A program made the translations under genes and the position numbers. From a virus, in IMG/VR virus record IMGVR_UViG_3300022752_004319, positions 67,754-131,753 of that record: a DNA stretch of 64,000 bases, one strand, 5' to 3'. How positions within the stretch are numbered: the first letter of the stretch is position 1; the number at the start of each line of letters is the position of its first letter. Under the pieces are notes generated by a model. It was not told the origin of the DNA. It saw nothing but the letters and a program-made list of their open reading frames with translations, and made no database searches. Positions 61,069 to 64,000 of this stretch are shown here, piece by piece.

Positions 61069-62262
61069 ATGGCATTCGTTCAAATTTCTTCAATAGTCGG
61101 GTCACCACCTTACCAGTTTTATGTTTCCGATGTCTACGGAAATAATAAAACTTATTTGGGAAATTTTTCAGGAACAATACCTCCTGCGCAATTCTTTCAA
61201 TTACCATCGATTTTCAATTCTGCTGAGTATGTAATGTTAACAATTGTGGATGGTAGTGGATGTGAAAAATTCGAAATTCTTAGTTGTTTGACACCCCAAC
61301 CAACACCAACACCCACATCCTCTTTTGGATTTACACAGACTCCGACACCAACACAAACAAATACACCTACAAATACACGTACACAAACACCAACGCCAAC
61401 AAATACACCTACAATATCACTTACATCTAGTATAACACCTTCGGTGACAACAACACCGAGTGTTACACCTACTAATACCGTAACACCAACTGTCACACCG
61501 ACAAATACTATGACACCGGGAGTAACACCAACAAACACACCGTCACCATCTGTCACGCAGACAATGACACAAACTACAACAAACACACCAACGAATACTC
61601 AAACAATAACCAATACACCAACATCTAGTGTAACATCAACACCTTCTACAACGCCAACAAATACACCTACAAACACACCATCACCTTCGACAGTTGTCTC
61701 ATTTGCGTACTTATTTATTGAACCATTCTCAGGTTCATCTGAGATTGGAAACTATATGAATCAAAAAGGTAGTGGGTTCTATGGATTCACTAATGGATTT
61801 GGTCCAAATACATCAAACCCAGTTCAGTTTAATGTAGATATGAATGAGTATGTATCATTCACAGGTTGGACAAATAATTTCCCATCTGTGAGATCACAAC
61901 AAATACAAATGGTTTCTGGGGGTCTAGATAGTTTTGGTAATGCACAATTTGCTTACAACTTCACAACTCATAGAGTACCAGCAGGAACAGTTGAAGGACT
62001 GGCTTGGTACACATGGATTATATCGACGGGTAATACTAATGGGGGTGTACAAAGGTCGATCGGTTATACAACGGATGGTACTCCGAATTCACTGATTAAC
62101 GTATTTATGGATTCTACAATATACTCGAAAACTTTTACATATACAGGTTCTACAATACCTACAGGTACTTATCGAGTTTACACAACTTGGGCTTCCACAC
62201 CATTCCAACTTGATAATACCGAAGTAGATATTTTCTTCAAAGGTGATACAATAACTTACTAA
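61069..62262 (+). CDS. Two-domain protein with long Thr/Pro linker (putative virion decoration)
   Basis: About 135-aa TPT tract between two beta-rich domains. Confidence 0.7.
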   Translation: MAFVQISSIVGSPPYQFYVSDVYGNNKTYLGNFSGTIPPAQFFQLPSIFNSAEYVMLTIVDGSGCEKFEILSCLTPQPTPTPTSSFGFTQTPTPTQTNTPTNTRTQTPTPTNTPTISLTSSITPSVTTTPSVTPTNTVTPTVTPTNTMTPGVTPTNTPSPSVTQTMTQTTTNTPTNTQTITNTPTSSVTSTPSTTPTNTPTNTPSPSTVVSFAYLFIEPFSGSSEIGNYMNQKGSGFYGFTNGFGPNTSNPVQFNVDMNEYVSFTGWTNNFPSVRSQQIQMVSGGLDSFGNAQFAYNFTTHRVPAGTVEGLAWYTWIISTGNTNGGVQRSIGYTTDGTPNSLINVFMDSTIYSKTFTYTGSTIPTGTYRVYTTWASTPFQLDNTEVDIFFKGDTITY

Positions 62263-62280
62263 TCTCACTATTTACAAATA

Positions 62281-64000
62281 ATGAGTACATTGAATTATAA
62301 TAATCCTAACACTCCATACAAAGTTGGAGTACAAAGTTCAATTCCACCCACATCCACAATCGGGTTATCATTCAGTGTGTTTGATACTGGTGGATATATG
62401 GAATTGTACAATCTTACGGATTTGGTTTGGTATTACAATGGGGGCTTTGGTCAGATAACTGGATCAACAATACCAATTAATTTTGTGAAAGGAACAAATA
62501 GTATAATAAACCCAGACTATTTGGTTTTAAATTCTGATAACATATCAACAGGTAGGAGAAGATTAGGAATGTTAGCTTATGTTCAAGAAACGGGGTTAAT
62601 ATATCAATTTACAATTCCAAATTATGATTCTCTTTGGAGTGGAATAACTGGGTTGACAGGGGCATCTGCAATAACAGTTACTGATTTTGCAACAATAGTC
62701 AGAGCAAATTCTCAACCCGCAATTAATTTTATAAATGCTTGGACAGCATCAACAATTGATGGATACGACGCACCTTGGAGTGGTGCAACGTGGAGGGTTT
62801 TACCAGGGTCATATGCTTCAATAACTGGGGGTACATATTTTTCCGCAACATCAATACTCGAATTGTATAACACAACTGGCGGTACCGTATCAATCCCAGT
62901 CCAAGGAATTTCAGGTACAACAGGTACGTCAGGTTCAAGTGGTTCATCAGGAACATCTGGGTCTAGTGGAACAAGTGGTTCATCAGGAAGTTCAGGAACA
63001 TCTGGATCTTCTGGCTCAAGTGGTTCTTCAGGTTCAAGTGGTAGTAGTGGTGTTTCAGGTGTAACTGGTACATCAGGTTCTTCTGGAAGCTCAGGAACAT
63101 CAGGATCTAGTGGTTCTTCGGGAACGTCTGGATCTTCAGGATCAAGTGGAACAAGTGGGTCATCAGGCAGTTCAGGAACATCTGGATCTTCAGGTTCAAG
63201 TGGTTCTTCAGGAACATCTGGTTCTTCAGGAACAAGTGGTGAAAATGGAATTTCCGCGGGACAAATATATTACTTTAATGAAAGTCAAAACTCAGATGTA
63301 AGTGGATATAAAGTCTTATCACCTTATCCATCAGGTTCACCACAACAAACACTAAGTGTAAATTTAGCAGGTAACGCTCAAAATGTATTAATTTCAGACT
63401 ACATTACCCCAGAATTGGGATTTTCAGTAATACCACCAGGTATTCAAAGATTTCACATTCACCTCTTAAAACCAGCTTCAAATGATAATATTGATTTATA
63501 TGTAGAGATACAATTAGCAAATTTTTCAGGTAGTCCAATAGGACCAACACTTTCAACTGGTGTTGAATTAATTGGTTGGGTAAGTGCTGTAGTACCAGAT
63601 GTTGTTGAAGTTGATTTGGTATTAACGAGTACAACAATCAACACAACAGATAGAATGATTGCTAGACTTTATTTGAACAATAATGACTCTACAACACATA
63701 CTGTTACATATTATACCGAAGGAGTATCATATTATTCATATGTTCAAACATCAGTTGGTGCTATAGCAGGTTCAAGTGGTTCATCGGGAACATCTGGATC
63801 TTCAGGATCTTCTGGTTCTTCAGGAACTTCTGGATCTAGTGGAACAAGTGGTTCTTCAGGAAGTTCAGGAACTTCTGGATCTAGTGGAACAAGTGGTTCT
63901 TCGGGAAGTTCAGGAACATCTGGATCATCAGGTTCGAGTGGAACTAGTGGTTCTTCAGGAACATCTGGATCTAGTGGAACAAGTGGCTCTTCAGGAAGTT
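62281..64000 (+). CDS. Putative tail fibre with Gly-Ser/Thr triplet repeats (truncated by window end; absent from ORF track)
   Basis: Open from ATG 62281 (MSTLNYNNPNTPYKVG..RRRLGMLAYVQE..) to 64000; (GSS/GTS)n blocks. Confidence 0.85.
   Translation, partial: MSTLNYNNPNTPYKVGVQSSIPPTSTIGLSFSVFDTGGYMELYNLTDLVWYYNGGFGQITGSTIPINFVKGTNSIINPDYLVLNSDNISTGRRRLGMLAYVQETGLIYQFTIPNYDSLWSGITGLTGASAITVTDFATIVRANSQPAINFINAWTASTIDGYDAPWSGATWRVLPGSYASITGGTYFSATSILELYNTTGGTVSIPVQGISGTTGTSGSSGSSGTSGSSGTSGSSGSSGTSGSSGSSGSSGSSGSSGVSGVTGTSGSSGSSGTSGSSGSSGTSGSSGSSGTSGSSGSSGTSGSSGSSGSSGTSGSSGTSGENGISAGQIYYFNESQNSDVSGYKVLSPYPSGSPQQTLSVNLAGNAQNVLISDYITPELGFSVIPPGIQRFHIHLLKPASNDNIDLYVEIQLANFSGSPIGPTLSTGVELIGWVSAVVPDVVEVDLVLTSTTINTTDRMIARLYLNNNDSTTHTVTYYTEGVSYYSYVQTSVGAIAGSSGSSGTSGSSGSSGSSGTSGSSGTSGSSGSSGTSGSSGTSGSSGSSGTSGSSGSSGTSGSSGTSGSSGTSGSSGS
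62905..63255 (+). repeat. Coding 9-bp-period repeat, (G-S/T-S)n block 1
   Basis: GGTTCATCA/GGAACATCT/GGTTCAAGT units in frame. Confidence 0.9.
63769..64000 (+). repeat. Coding 9-bp-period repeat, (G-S/T-S)n block 2 (truncated)
   Basis: Same units continuing to window edge. Confidence 0.9.

Noticed and set aside
1474-61586. Val/Gly-rich ORFs at 1474, 10457, 60121 and 61197
   Set aside because: They are antisense shadows of Thr/Pro linkers
1-64000. Stop-codon reassignment as in some large phages
   Set aside because: Code 11 gives full-length genes at high density; TGA and TAG end genes at sensible positions (19102, 21420)
1-64000. tRNA, rRNA, IS elements or integrase
   Set aside because: Intergenic gaps are short and AT-rich with no cloverleaf seen; no transposase or integrase motifs recognised

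Overview
AT-rich, gene-dense segment of a very large contractile-tailed (jumbo/mega) dsDNA phage, read in the standard genetic code. It holds a tail/baseplate module (neck, tail terminator, sheath, tube, chaperone, tape measure, baseplate hub and wedge), an embedded replication block (gp32-like SSB, rpiB, RecA/UvsX, 5'-3' exonuclease, DnaB-like helicase, nrdB, nrdA), a second baseplate/fibre cluster ending in a truncated Gly-Ser/Thr triplet fibre gene, a Mn-type SOD and an SNF2 helicase with an Ala-start class 3 intein. SprB-like and FISUMP-like domains and A-rich, SD-less starts suggest a Bacteroidota host (inference). Most notable: (1) a modular set of Thr/Pro-linked proteins that share unnamed Cys-rich modules and carry lectin-like, protease, DUF285, cohesin-like and SprB-like cargo, one fused to a probable core tail protein; (2) short N-terminal leaders ending in L/I-x-E on SOD, the protease and a HAD enzyme, suggesting capsid packaging; (3) a probable +1 frameshift at UUU_UUU_CGU in the tail chaperone; (4) a TATTTAT motif before most structural genes and a second TTGA-N-TATATT class before DNA-metabolism genes. 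All family calls come from motif recognition by eye and gene order, not from database searches.
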